Source of the DNA: Candidatus Magasanikiibacteriota bacterium
GTDB taxonomy: Bacteria; Patescibacteriota; Patescibacteriia; Magasanikbacterales; GWA2-37-8
DNA length: 64,000 nucleotides
Assembly (NCBI GenBank): GCA_041666745.1
Contig: JBAYGI010000003.1
Span: 12,782 to 76,781 of the forward strand
Reading direction: 5' to 3'
Made by a program: the position numbers and the translations under genes. Below are positions 16,167 through 26,020 of this stretch, in pieces (position 1 is the first letter of the stretch; each line of letters starts with the position of its first letter). The notes below the pieces were generated by a model that saw only the letters and a program-made list of their open reading frames with translations, did no database searches and was not told where the DNA came from.

Positions 16167-17782
16167 TGTTAAAAATTTTAAACTCTCAATCCAAAACCAT
16201 CACCGGAGCGGCCATTATTTTATCTGGCGCTACTTTGTTGTCTCGTTTGGTCGGAATCATTCGTGATCGAGTTTTGGCTCACTACTATGGTGCCGGTCCA
16301 GTGATGGATACTTATTACGCCGCTTTTAAAATTCCTGATCTGATTTATAGCCTATTGATTGTAGGCGCACTCACCGCCGGCTTCATCCCCACCTTCACCA
16401 GACTTCTCAGTGAAAAAGATAACAACAAACGCGCTTGGCACCTCACCAACAATCTTCTAAATATTTTGGGGTTATCCTTGATAGTATTATGTTCACTCGG
16501 TGTTATTTTTGCCCCGGTTTTAAACAAAATTATTGCCCCCGGATTTCATGGTGAAAATTTGACGCGCGTCATTTCTTTTACTCGCATCATGTTTTTATCG
16601 CCAATTTTTTTGGGTATTTCCATGATTATGGGTGGGGTGTTGCAATCACTGCGTCGTTTTGTCTTGTATGCTATTGCTCCAATTTTTTATAATTTCGGAA
16701 TTATCTTTGGAGCGACAGTATTGGTAAGACTTTTGGGAGAAAATGGTTTGGCTTGGGGAGTGGTGTTGGGAGCTGTCGTGCATTGTATTATACAAATATA
16801 CGGAACTTGGCATGTCGGCTGGCGTTTTCATTTTAGTTTTGACACCAAAGATAAAGATACCGGCACAGTTGTCAAATTGATGATACCTCGCACTTTGGGA
16901 TTGGCGATTACCCAACTGAATCAGGTCGTAGTTACCATGCTGGCCTCTTTTTTACCGGTAGGCAGTATTGCTGTTTACAACTATGCTAACAATTTACAAG
17001 CTGTACCGGTTGGAGTTTTGGCTATCCCGTTTGCACTAGCAATTTTTCCATTGCTATCTTCAGCGGCCGCCGAAAACGATATGCAACAATTCACCAATCA
17101 CCTATCCGGTGTTATTCGACAAATATTATTTTTAATTGTGCCGGCAGCCGTACTGATTTTATTACTACGAGCACAAATTGTCCGAGTAATTTTGGGTAGT
17201 GGTCAGTTTGATTGGAACGCAACTATCAACACCGCTGATGCTCTGGCTTTTTTTTCATTAGGTCTAGTCGCTCAGGCTTTGATCCCGGTATTATCACGAG
17301 CCTTTTTCGCGCTTTCCAATACCAAAACCCCATTTGTAATTGGAATAATTTCAGAATTAATTAGTATTATCGCCGCTTTGATTTTAATGAAACCGTTGGG
17401 GGCGGCCGGTTTGGCATTGGCGTGTTCAATTGGAGTTACAATCAATTTGATTTTATTATGGATAAGTTTGAGGTCAGAAACAAAAACTTTGAACGAATCG
17501 GAAATTCTATCTTTGATTTACAAAATAGCATTGGCGAGTATTGTGATGGGAATAATAGTTCAAGCTCTAAAATATCCATTAGCCAAATTATTAAACCAAC
17601 AATTTTTCTGGGGAATTTTCGGACAGGGCGCTATTGCCGGTGTAACCGGTATTGTTGTTTATTTTTCCTTGTGCTATATATTAAGGGTACCGGAATTCAT
17701 GCAACTCAAAGACAGTTTTGCCAAACGCTGGCTCAAATTACGCAATATTAATGCCACTGAAATAATTGAAAATAAGGATTAA
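16166..17782 (+). CDS. murJ: lipid II flippase MurJ (MviN)
   Basis: SRLVGIIRD..LA..YGAG...D.YYAAF.IPD, AGFIPTF, YNYAN.L...P, RAFFAL.NTKTP. Confidence 0.95.
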   Translation: MLKILNSQSKTITGAAIILSGATLLSRLVGIIRDRVLAHYYGAGPVMDTYYAAFKIPDLIYSLLIVGALTAGFIPTFTRLLSEKDNNKRAWHLTNNLLNILGLSLIVLCSLGVIFAPVLNKIIAPGFHGENLTRVISFTRIMFLSPIFLGISMIMGGVLQSLRRFVLYAIAPIFYNFGIIFGATVLVRLLGENGLAWGVVLGAVVHCIIQIYGTWHVGWRFHFSFDTKDKDTGTVVKLMIPRTLGLAITQLNQVVVTMLASFLPVGSIAVYNYANNLQAVPVGVLAIPFALAIFPLLSSAAAENDMQQFTNHLSGVIRQILFLIVPAAVLILLLRAQIVRVILGSGQFDWNATINTADALAFFSLGLVAQALIPVLSRAFFALSNTKTPFVIGIISELISIIAALILMKPLGAAGLALACSIGVTINLILLWISLRSETKTLNESEILSLIYKIALASIVMGIIVQALKYPLAKLLNQQFFWGIFGQGAIAGVTGIVVYFSLCYILRVPEFMQLKDSFAKRWLKLRNINATEIIENKD

Positions 17783-17792
17783 GTTTATACGA

Positions 17793-17885
17793 GTAGCCCG
17801 CTTTATTGATTTGAGCGGGTTATGAGCCGAGGCTCATCCTTTCAGCCTCGCGGCTGAAAAAAGCGAAAACAATATAGCGGGCTAC
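17793..17885. repeat. intergenic branched palindrome A (murJ-lepA)
   Basis: 15/16-bp outer inverted repeat GTAGCCCGCTTTATTG / CAATATAGCGGGCTAC enclosing hairpins ATGAGCC-ga-GGCTCAT and TTTCAGCC-tcgc-GGCTGAAA. Confidence 0.8.
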
Positions 17886-17899
17886 GATAATTTTAATAT

Positions 17900-19696
17900 A
17901 TGAATGACCACTTGCGAAATTTCTGCATTATTGCTCATATTGATCACGGTAAATCCACTCTGGCGGATCGTTTTTTGGAATTCACCGGCACAGTATCCAA
18001 ACGTGACATGAAAAATCAATTGCTGGATTCTATGGACTTGGAACGTGAACGTGGCATCACCATCAAACTGACGCCAGTGCGAATGAATTACAAAGAATAT
18101 ATTTTAAATTTAATCGACACTCCCGGACACGTGGATTTCAACTATGAAGTTTCCCGATCACTAGCGGCCGTTGAAGGCGCGATATTGCTGGTGGATGCCA
18201 CTCAAGGGGTGCAGGCGCAAACTATCGGCAACCTATATTTGGCAATTGAACAAAATTTGCAAATTATTCCAGTTATAAACAAAATAGATTCTCCGGCCGC
18301 CAATATTGAAAAAACTACTGCGGAAATTATTCATCTTTTGGGTTGTGAATCGGAAGATATTATTTTGGCTTCTGGAAAAACCGGACAAGGGGTAGAAGAT
18401 ATTTTGGAAACGATCGTAAAAAAAATACCCCCACCGACTGATTTAAACAACAAACCACCCCGTGCTTTAATTTTTGATTCTTCCTACAATGAATTCAAAG
18501 GAGTAGTTGCTTCGGTTCGAATTGTTGATGGGGAGATTAAAAAAAGTGACAAAATATATTTAGTAACTACTCAAACTCCGGCCGAAGTATTGGAGTTGGG
18601 ATATTACACCCCGAAATTTCAGCCTGATGTAATTTTGAAAAATGGTGAGATCGGATATATTGTGACCGGTCTAAAAGAAGTACGTGACTGCCGAGTTGGT
18701 GATACTATTACTACACTCAATTCTGAAAAAACCGGTGTCGCCAAAGATCCATTGCCGGGTTACAAAGAAGTAAAACCGATGGTTTATGCTGGAATTTTTC
18801 CAAGCGAGGGTGATGGATATGAAGAACTGCGCGACGCTATCGATAGATTAAAATTGAGCGACTCAGCTTTGATTTATGAGCCGGAACATTCTCAAGCTTT
18901 GGGTTTTGGTTTTCGTTGCGGATTTTTGGGATTATTACATTTAGATATTTTTCAAGAACGACTCAAACGTGAATTTAATTTGGAAGTGGTGATTACTGTC
19001 CCGAGTGTAGCCTACAAAATAGAAAAAACCAACGGCGTTGCTCTGACCATTCACAGCCCTCAAGAAATGCCTGATCCAAATCATCTGACCTCTATTATGG
19101 AACCATGGATGACACTCGACATTATTACTCCAAAAGAATATGTCGGCAATGTGATGTCTTTGATATCTGAACGCCGTGGACGATATATCAACACCGAATA
19201 TCTTTCTACCGGTGCCGATCAGCGCGCGCTTTTGCATTACCAAATTCCACTCGCCGCGCTTATCACCGATTTTTATGATAAATTAAAAACAGTCACTTCC
19301 GGATATGGTTCGATGAATTATGAATTGATTGGCTACGAAAAAACCGACGTTGTCAAAATAGATATTTTGGTAGCCGAAGAACCGGTCGAAGCGCTGGCTA
19401 CTTTGGTCTGGCGTGATGATGCTTTTCATATTGGTAAAAAAATCTGCGAATCATTAAAAGATTCACTCCCCCGCCAACAATTTGAATTAAAAATTCAAGC
19501 CGCCATTGGTGGAAAAATAATCGCCTCAGAAAGACTAGGGGCGTTGCGCAAAGATGTAATCGCCAAACTCTACGGTGGTGATGTGACGCGCAAAATGAAA
19601 CTTTTGGAAAAACAGAAAAAAGGCAAGAAACGCATGATGGCGCATAGTAAAGTAAATATACCGTCGGAGGCTTATTTGGCGGTGTTGAAAAGATAA
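17900..19696 (+). CDS. lepA: elongation factor 4 (LepA)
   Basis: RNFCIIAHIDHGKSTLADR, ERERGITIK, DTPGHVDF, GFRCGFLGLLH, KLYGGDVTRK.KLLEKQK.GKKRM. Confidence 0.99.
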   Translation: MNDHLRNFCIIAHIDHGKSTLADRFLEFTGTVSKRDMKNQLLDSMDLERERGITIKLTPVRMNYKEYILNLIDTPGHVDFNYEVSRSLAAVEGAILLVDATQGVQAQTIGNLYLAIEQNLQIIPVINKIDSPAANIEKTTAEIIHLLGCESEDIILASGKTGQGVEDILETIVKKIPPPTDLNNKPPRALIFDSSYNEFKGVVASVRIVDGEIKKSDKIYLVTTQTPAEVLELGYYTPKFQPDVILKNGEIGYIVTGLKEVRDCRVGDTITTLNSEKTGVAKDPLPGYKEVKPMVYAGIFPSEGDGYEELRDAIDRLKLSDSALIYEPEHSQALGFGFRCGFLGLLHLDIFQERLKREFNLEVVITVPSVAYKIEKTNGVALTIHSPQEMPDPNHLTSIMEPWMTLDIITPKEYVGNVMSLISERRGRYINTEYLSTGADQRALLHYQIPLAALITDFYDKLKTVTSGYGSMNYELIGYEKTDVVKIDILVAEEPVEALATLVWRDDAFHIGKKICESLKDSLPRQQFELKIQAAIGGKIIASERLGALRKDVIAKLYGGDVTRKMKLLEKQKKGKKRMMAHSKVNIPSEAYLAVLKR

Positions 19697-19719
19697 TTTA
19701 ATAAACGACACAAAAATAT

Positions 19720-19815
19720 ATGAAACACAAAACTTTTAAACAACTTTGGACGGTGATTGCGATCGTCGGAATTATCGCGATGGTATTTTTCACCATCATG
19801 CCTATTTTCCAATAA
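19720..19815 (+). CDS. 31-aa single-TM small protein (MKHKTFKQLWTVIAIVGIIAMVFFTIMPIFQ)
   Basis: Not in the ORF track; fills the gap after lepA; basic N-terminus followed by one hydrophobic helix. Confidence 0.65.
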   Translation: MKHKTFKQLWTVIAIVGIIAMVFFTIMPIFQ

Positions 19816-19824
19816 TTTAATCTC

Positions 19825-20214
19825 ATGAGAATTTTACGTAAATATCAACTGGATATTATTTTTCTTTTTTTTGCTTTGATCCTGATTATGTGGTCTTATT
19901 TTTATGGTTTACAATATTTCGGTGTTGACCCTCATCGATACGAATGGTTTGTGGCCGGCCCGTTGTTATTTTTTTATATTATATATGTCTTTAAAATTCG
20001 CAATCAAATAACTATCGCTGACCGCCGCAGTCTTACCACCAAATCTTTGGTGTATTGGATATTGCTTGGCATTTCTTTATTTGCTACATACAACACGCCG
20101 ATTCCTGCCAAAGATTACTGGTCGCTCAATGCCCTATTCTTTGCTTTTACACTTTTTTTGGCTGACTCGTATTGGGATTTCGCCGGTATTACTTTAAAAA
20201 ATTTCAAAAAATAA
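19825..20214 (+). CDS. 4-TM hypothetical membrane protein
   Basis: Hydrophobic 129 aa, packed tightly before recJ. Confidence 0.75.
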   Translation: MRILRKYQLDIIFLFFALILIMWSYFYGLQYFGVDPHRYEWFVAGPLLFFYIIYVFKIRNQITIADRRSLTTKSLVYWILLGISLFATYNTPIPAKDYWSLNALFFAFTLFLADSYWDFAGITLKNFKK

Positions 20215-20215
20215 T

Positions 20216-22003
20216 ATGCCAAAAAAGTGGATTATCTCCCCTGCTGTACCAAATGAATTTCTCAATTCTCATCCCGAGCTACCACCAATAGTAGCGCGCT
20301 TGTTGTATAATCGAAATATCAAAACTCAAGAAAAAATCGACGAATTTTTAAATCCGGATTATTCTGAGGATATTCATGATCCGTTTTTGTTTGATGATAT
20401 GGAAAAAGCGGTAGAGATTATTTTGTCACATGTCAAACAACAAAAAAATATTGTCGTACATGGTGATTATGATGCGGACGGTGTGTGTGCGGCCGCGATT
20501 ATTGTCAGTTGTCTACAAAAAATCGGCGCGCAACATGTTTCAGTATTTTTGCCACATCGAGAAACCGATGGCTACGGGTTAAATTTTAATACTGTCAAAG
20601 ATTTAAAGAAAAAAAATACCGATCTGATAATCACCTGTGATTGTGGTGTGAGCAATACTCCGGAAGTCCAAATGGTCAAAGAACTTGGTATGATGATAAT
20701 CATCACTGACCACCATTCTGTGCCCGCCAATATTCCTCCGGCCGATGCTATCATTCATCCCAAGATGCCCAACGAAACATATCCCGACAAAGGTTTGTGT
20801 GGCGGAGCAGTAGCTTTTAAACTGGTACAAGCATTATTAAAAAAACATCAAGCAACAAACTCCACCTTGCTTGACGGTCAATCACATGAAGCGTTTGAAA
20901 AATGGTTGCTGGATTTGGTAGCCATCGCTTCCATCGGTGACATGGTTCCATTGATTGGCGAATCACGCACACTGACTCGCTATGGATTGACAGTGTTAAA
21001 CAAAACTCACAATTTGGGATTAAAAAAATTAATGTTTGTGGCTGGTATAATGGATGAAAACGATCAGCCAAAACGAGGGGTGATCGAGGCACACACAGTT
21101 GGATACCAGATCGTCCCCCGCCTCAACGCCGCCGGACGCATGGATCACGCCAATAGCGCTTATGCATTACTGATGGCAACAGATGAGCGTGAAGCGGAAA
21201 ATTTGGCTGAACAATTAAACCAAAACAATCTTGATCGCCAAAAATTGACCGAGGGATTAGTAAATCAAGCCATCCAACAAATCAAAGAAACTGAACAAGA
21301 AAAAAATTCGGCTCTTTTTGCTTTTAGCGAAGATTGGCCGACTGGAGTATTGGGTTTGGTATCGGGTCGCCTCAAAGATATATTTTATAAACCCGCGCTT
21401 GCGATGGGTAAAAGCAGTGATGGAGAAATAGTCGGTTCCGGCCGAAGTATTTCCGAATTTAATCTCATCGCCGCCATGCAAGAACGACCGGAATTTTTTG
21501 ATAAATTTGGAGGTCATCCACAAGCCTGTGGTTTCACTTTAAAATCCAAGTCGGCGCTGGAAGAATTTAAAAAATTCTTAAACGAAAAAGTAGTCGCAGA
21601 AACCAAAGGGGTTGAACTGGTTCCGCAGGTAAATATTGATTCCGAAGTTGACCTTGATGAAATCGACTGGGATATGTATGATCTGCTACAAAAATTTGAA
21701 CCGTTTGGCATGAACAATGAAGAACCGATTTATGCCGCCTATGGTTTGACAATAATAAATATTGATCCGGTAGGACAAGATGGAAAACATTTGCGTATGA
21801 AACTCAAACACAATTCTCAAGTCATAAGAAAAACCATTGGTTTTGGATTGGGCGACACAACCAAACATCCGGATGATTGGAAAAACAATCTTCATCCGGG
21901 AGAAAAAATAGATATTGCGTTTTGCGTGGAAGTAAACAAATGGAATGGCAACCGCGAACTACAAATGACAATTCACGACATCAAAAAAAGCGTTCTGAAT
22001 TAA
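20216..22003 (+). CDS. recJ: single-stranded-DNA-specific exonuclease RecJ
   Basis: GDYDADG, ITCDCG, TDHH, PRLNAAGR, GSGRS, FGGH.QACG, EPFG..NEEP. Confidence 0.97.
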   Translation: MPKKWIISPAVPNEFLNSHPELPPIVARLLYNRNIKTQEKIDEFLNPDYSEDIHDPFLFDDMEKAVEIILSHVKQQKNIVVHGDYDADGVCAAAIIVSCLQKIGAQHVSVFLPHRETDGYGLNFNTVKDLKKKNTDLIITCDCGVSNTPEVQMVKELGMMIIITDHHSVPANIPPADAIIHPKMPNETYPDKGLCGGAVAFKLVQALLKKHQATNSTLLDGQSHEAFEKWLLDLVAIASIGDMVPLIGESRTLTRYGLTVLNKTHNLGLKKLMFVAGIMDENDQPKRGVIEAHTVGYQIVPRLNAAGRMDHANSAYALLMATDEREAENLAEQLNQNNLDRQKLTEGLVNQAIQQIKETEQEKNSALFAFSEDWPTGVLGLVSGRLKDIFYKPALAMGKSSDGEIVGSGRSISEFNLIAAMQERPEFFDKFGGHPQACGFTLKSKSALEEFKKFLNEKVVAETKGVELVPQVNIDSEVDLDEIDWDMYDLLQKFEPFGMNNEEPIYAAYGLTIINIDPVGQDGKHLRMKLKHNSQVIRKTIGFGLGDTTKHPDDWKNNLHPGEKIDIAFCVEVNKWNGNRELQMTIHDIKKSVLN

Positions 22004-22018
22004 TCAGAACGCTTTTTT
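21984..22018. terminator. bidirectional terminator overlapping the recJ stop
   Basis: AAAAAAGCGTTCTGA-attaa-TCAGAACGCTTTTTT. Confidence 0.85.
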
Positions 22019-22022
22019 ATTT

Positions 22023-22334
22023 TTATGATTTTTTTAATTCCTTTGCCAATTCTATCCATTTCTTTTTTAGCTGTTTGATAAGATTGTTTTTGACATCTTC
22101 AGCTAATTCTTTTTTGTTGGTATATTCCTCTACCGCTCGTTCCACCAACGCATCCCACATTTCCTGAGTTGGACCTTCCAGTTGTTTTATGCTGGCTTTT
22201 AATTCATTATATAAAGGATCCAAATGCTGTAAAATTTTAGTACGCATTTCCTTGCCTTGTGGAGTAACGTTGAGCCATGTTAAAAATGCGCCCAATGCTC
22301 CTCCCAAAATAAGTCCTCTTTTAAAATTACCCAT
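22023..22334 (-). CDS. YtxH-like protein
   Basis: F..GLILGGALGA......TP.GKEMR N-terminus followed by helical coiled coil. Confidence 0.75.
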   Translation of the reverse strand: MGNFKRGLILGGALGAFLTWLNVTPQGKEMRTKILQHLDPLYNELKASIKQLEGPTQEMWDALVERAVEEYTNKKELAEDVKNNLIKQLKKKWIELAKELKKS

Positions 22335-22381
22335 AAAATAACAATTAATGTAAAACAGGTATATTATACCACATTTCTACC

Positions 22382-23221
22382 CTAGTTACCACAAGCGGCC
22401 GCGGCTGATGGGTCTCCACTGGCGTCATAACCGAATCCTGCTCCATAAGCCGCACTCGCCAAAGTTGTACCACATTCAGCTGGAGGGTTATTAAATGCCG
22501 CACAAATTGCTTGTTTCACTGCATCGGCCGTACGACCCACACCTTCTGCCAGGGCGCCGTTTATAACCAATGACGGTGAACCTTGCACGTCATATTTGGT
22601 ATTTAGATCTTCTTGCACCGGATAAACAGGATAGCGACCGGACAACCATGTGGTTTGGTCTTTAAATTTATCCAGTGTCTTATACTTAGCATTGGTGGCA
22701 TTAATACAAGAACTCAAACTACCTTCAGAAATTCCAGCCTGAGACAAACAACTCTTGTAGTCATCTTTACCGGTAAAACATTGGAGGTAAGTAATGATTT
22801 TGGCCGGTTGATTTTGTTGAATACAATATTGTCTGGTATTTTCTTCCAACTCTTTCAAACCATGCATAGCGTATGAAACAAATTTGATATCCATGTCGGC
22901 CTTATTTTTAAGCAAATTCCAAGCTGGTAAATAAGCTTTTTCCATCTGCAAACCATAAGGACAATAGGCCATAACAAACAACTCTACTTTTGGACGATCG
23001 GATTTGGTGACTGCTACCGGTGCTGTTGCCTGATCCCCTTGATTGACATTCGCAACTGGAGTAACTTTGTCGGAAGTATCAGATTTGTTGCCTCCTTTTA
23101 AATATAGACCCAACATTACCAAAAAACCAATGGTACAGAGAACTAAGATGCCGGTAACCAAACCGACTATCAAAGCGCTCTTTGAATCCAAACTGGCAAA
23201 AAAAGATTTCTTTTGTTCCAT
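22382..23221 (-). CDS. membrane-anchored thioredoxin-fold (DsbA/GILT-like) protein
   Basis: TM helix, KVELFVMAYCPYG, VQGSPSLVING (cis-Pro loop), several further Cys. Confidence 0.75.
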   Translation of the reverse strand: MEQKKSFFASLDSKSALIVGLVTGILVLCTIGFLVMLGLYLKGGNKSDTSDKVTPVANVNQGDQATAPVAVTKSDRPKVELFVMAYCPYGLQMEKAYLPAWNLLKNKADMDIKFVSYAMHGLKELEENTRQYCIQQNQPAKIITYLQCFTGKDDYKSCLSQAGISEGSLSSCINATNAKYKTLDKFKDQTTWLSGRYPVYPVQEDLNTKYDVQGSPSLVINGALAEGVGRTADAVKQAICAAFNNPPAECGTTLASAAYGAGFGYDASGDPSAAAACGN

Positions 23222-23249
23222 ATAAAAGTGAATTAGTGATTAATTAACA

Positions 23250-23840
23250 TTATTTTACTGCTAAACTATTATAAACCATAACTAAGTCTTCGACAATACT
23301 AACCTTGTGAATATCTTCACCCTCATGTGGCATTCCCAAAACTATCGCTTTTTTGTTGTTCTTGAGCATTTTTATACCAATTCGCGATTGATCATGCCGA
23401 TCAGCAAAAAAAGTAACGAATTGCGCTACATTAAATAATTTTGGCAGATAATAATAATTATACAATTTTATTAGATATCCAAAAAAATCCGGGCTGTAAA
23501 AATCGTGGTGATAAGTAATTATTAAAAATTTTTCCGGATGATTTTTTAACCACTGCAAAATTCTTCCAACTTCACCAAAAAAAGGGCAGTGCAAATTTAT
23601 TATATCGTAATAATCCCAAGTTGAGATATTTTCTTCAAAAGATTCTTGGCCGGAATATTTTTTGGAAGGGGCGATTTTTTTTACTTCAAAGATGTCTTTT
23701 TTGGTAACACCGCCATATTCGATGGTAATCGCGTCTGCTTCTACCCCAAAATCTCCTTCGGCTTCTAGAATTTTAAAAGCCTCGGAATGGATATCTTCAA
23801 AATAATCAAACGCGCTAGGAATGACGTGGAGTACTTTCAT
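23250..23840 (-). CDS. GT4 glycosyltransferase N-terminal-domain-only protein
   Basis: MKVLHVIP, YDIINLHCPF, IITYHHD; only 196 aa with no C-terminal donor-binding domain. Confidence 0.6.
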   Translation of the reverse strand: MKVLHVIPSAFDYFEDIHSEAFKILEAEGDFGVEADAITIEYGGVTKKDIFEVKKIAPSKKYSGQESFEENISTWDYYDIINLHCPFFGEVGRILQWLKNHPEKFLIITYHHDFYSPDFFGYLIKLYNYYYLPKLFNVAQFVTFFADRHDQSRIGIKMLKNNKKAIVLGMPHEGEDIHKVSIVEDLVMVYNSLAVK

Positions 23841-24168
23841 ATTTTTTTGCTTGATTAAGAGTGTCCTGCCTGACTATTTTGGTTATTTGGTGGTCAATTT
23901 TTTCCAAACGTATAAAAATTTTAAATATTAAGAAAAACAACAAAGCAATCGCCAAATATATTACGGCGTCAACTCCCCTACCAACCCCCAAAAGTTTCGC
24001 CAAAACAGTGGTAGAGTTGGGGCTAATTACTACCACAATGGCCAAAATCCAAAAAATTATCCAACCGATTGTTTCTTTGCCCTTCAACTCTCCGGATCGA
24101 AATCTACCCAAAACTTTGAATAAAACAAAGAGAAAAAATACCACTAAAATAATTTGAATAATCATCAT
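23815..24168 (-). CDS. DUF2304 family membrane protein
   Basis: LGVGRGVD...Y, RLEKID..IT.IVR motifs; follows a DPM-like GT2. Confidence 0.88.
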   Translation of the reverse strand: MMIIQIILVVFFLFVLFKVLGRFRSGELKGKETIGWIIFWILAIVVVISPNSTTVLAKLLGVGRGVDAVIYLAIALLFFLIFKIFIRLEKIDHQITKIVRQDTLNQAKKYESTPRHS

Positions 24169-24169
24169 A

Positions 24170-24832
24170 TTATTTATTAATTTTAGCTAAAAATAAATCC
24201 CACAAAATCTTAAAACCACCCGACATACCCTGCCCACTTTCAAAATAAAAAACCTCTACCGGTAATTCACCATATTTTAGATGGTGTTCTTGCACTAATC
24301 GTGGAATTTCAGAATTATGAGCCATTTGATCCTGATTGATATTTATTTTTTCCGCCGCTCGTTTGTGCATTATTCTAAAACCGTTGTGCACATCGGATAA
24401 TTTTAATTTTGTTATCCGGTTATTTATAATTCTGCTTAATGGTAAAATAAAATATTTTTTAAAAAATGGGATCTTCGATCTGGAATCCAAAAAACGAGAA
24501 CCAAAAACTATATCCAGATTTTCTTCCGTCAACTTTTGAATACCAGTATGAATATCGTTGGCATTAAACTGACCGTCCGCATCAAAATGGACTATGATTT
24601 CCGCTCCATTTTGCAACACAAATTCATTGCCGGTTTGTAGTGCCGCACCCTGTCCACGATTGATTGTATGACTCAAAACAACCGCTCCGGCCGATGTGGC
24701 TTCACTGGCAGTATTATCAATAGAACCATCGTCCACAACTACCACATTATTAAAACCATGTTGAAAAAGGTCGCGAATTACGCGACCGATTTTTTGCTCT
24801 TCATTGTAAGCTGGTAAAACTATAAATATCAT
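24170..24832 (-). CDS. GT2 polyprenol-phosphate glycosyltransferase (DPM1-like)
   Basis: LPAYNE, VVDDGS.D, NRGQGAAL.TG, HFDADGQ, GSRF, D.HNGFR. Confidence 0.9.
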   Translation of the reverse strand: MIFIVLPAYNEEQKIGRVIRDLFQHGFNNVVVVDDGSIDNTASEATSAGAVVLSHTINRGQGAALQTGNEFVLQNGAEIIVHFDADGQFNANDIHTGIQKLTEENLDIVFGSRFLDSRSKIPFFKKYFILPLSRIINNRITKLKLSDVHNGFRIMHKRAAEKININQDQMAHNSEIPRLVQEHHLKYGELPVEVFYFESGQGMSGGFKILWDLFLAKINK

Positions 24833-24865
24833 ATTCAATCTTGAACGATCACGATATTGTAATGA

Positions 24866-25882
24866 TTATTTACTATGAAATAACAACGCCTCTTTGTTGG
24901 CTACAGTATAATCCACTGCTTTTTGCAAACCATCTTGCAGACGAATCAGCGGCATCCAACCCAAAACTTCCTTGGCATAAGTTAAATCCGGCAAACCTTT
25001 TTTGGTCAAAAATACCAACGGTTTTTCAAAAACTATTTTGGAGGAAGATCCGGTGAGCTCAACAATCTTTTTGGCTACTTCCATATAGCTAACTACTTGA
25101 TCACCACCTAAATTGACTATTTTTACTTCCGGAACGGCGGACATCAGACGCACAAAACCATCTACCATATCACTGACATACAACAAAGAAGTAGAAATAG
25201 TTTCATCTCCATAAATAACCAAATCTTTTCCGTCCAAGGCATTGATGATAAAATCCGGAATAAGCTGTCCTTCAAACAATTTCATGCGTGGCCCATAAGT
25301 AGTAAAGACACGACCGATTTTTGCGTCAATACCATAAAATTGGCGATAAGTTTCCACACAGGTTTCGGCGAACCTTTTGCCTTCGTCGTAGCACGCACGT
25401 GGTGTCAGGTGATTTACTATACCTTGATGGGATTCCAAAAATTTGGCACCGTCTTGGGGATCACCATAAACTACCGAACTGGAAGCAAAGACATATTTCG
25501 CGCGATATTTCACTGCCAAATCCAAAGTGTTGATCATAGCCGAAGAGTTGGATAGCAATGATTTCATTTTTAATTTTTCAAAATCTTTCGGACTGGTCGG
25601 ACAAGCCAAATGATAAATTTCTTGAATACCCTGAAATTTGACTTTGAATTTGTCCAATTCATCAAATTTACTCAGGTCAAGTGGGTTGTCCACATCATAA
25701 TTGATAAATTCAAAATCCGGATATTGCAAAAGATGTTCGATGTTTTTGGGTGATGAATTCGAAAAATCATCAACACAAATTACGTTGGCTTCTTTGAGCA
25801 AACGCTCACATAAATGTGAACCGATAAAGCCGGCTCCACCGGTAACTAATATATTTTTTTTCTCAAATACAGGATTTTCCAT
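24866..25882 (-). CDS. UDP-glucuronate decarboxylase-like NAD-dependent SDR
   Basis: VTGGAGFIGSHLC, IYHLACPTSP, PRACYDEGKRFAET, TYGPRM; start moved to 25882. Confidence 0.88.
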   Translation of the reverse strand: MENPVFEKKNILVTGGAGFIGSHLCERLLKEANVICVDDFSNSSPKNIEHLLQYPDFEFINYDVDNPLDLSKFDELDKFKVKFQGIQEIYHLACPTSPKDFEKLKMKSLLSNSSAMINTLDLAVKYRAKYVFASSSVVYGDPQDGAKFLESHQGIVNHLTPRACYDEGKRFAETCVETYRQFYGIDAKIGRVFTTYGPRMKLFEGQLIPDFIINALDGKDLVIYGDETISTSLLYVSDMVDGFVRLMSAVPEVKIVNLGGDQVVSYMEVAKKIVELTGSSSKIVFEKPLVFLTKKGLPDLTYAKEVLGWMPLIRLQDGLQKAVDYTVANKEALLFHSK

Positions 25883-26020
25883 AAGGAAAAACATTAATTT
25901 TTAGCCCTTATATTATAACATTTCCTCAAAAAAATGGCAACTGCAAAAAACGCCCAAAACCACCACTGGGGTTGATTTTTTAGCCAAATTATAATATACT
26001 TCAAAAATAAGATTAACTCT

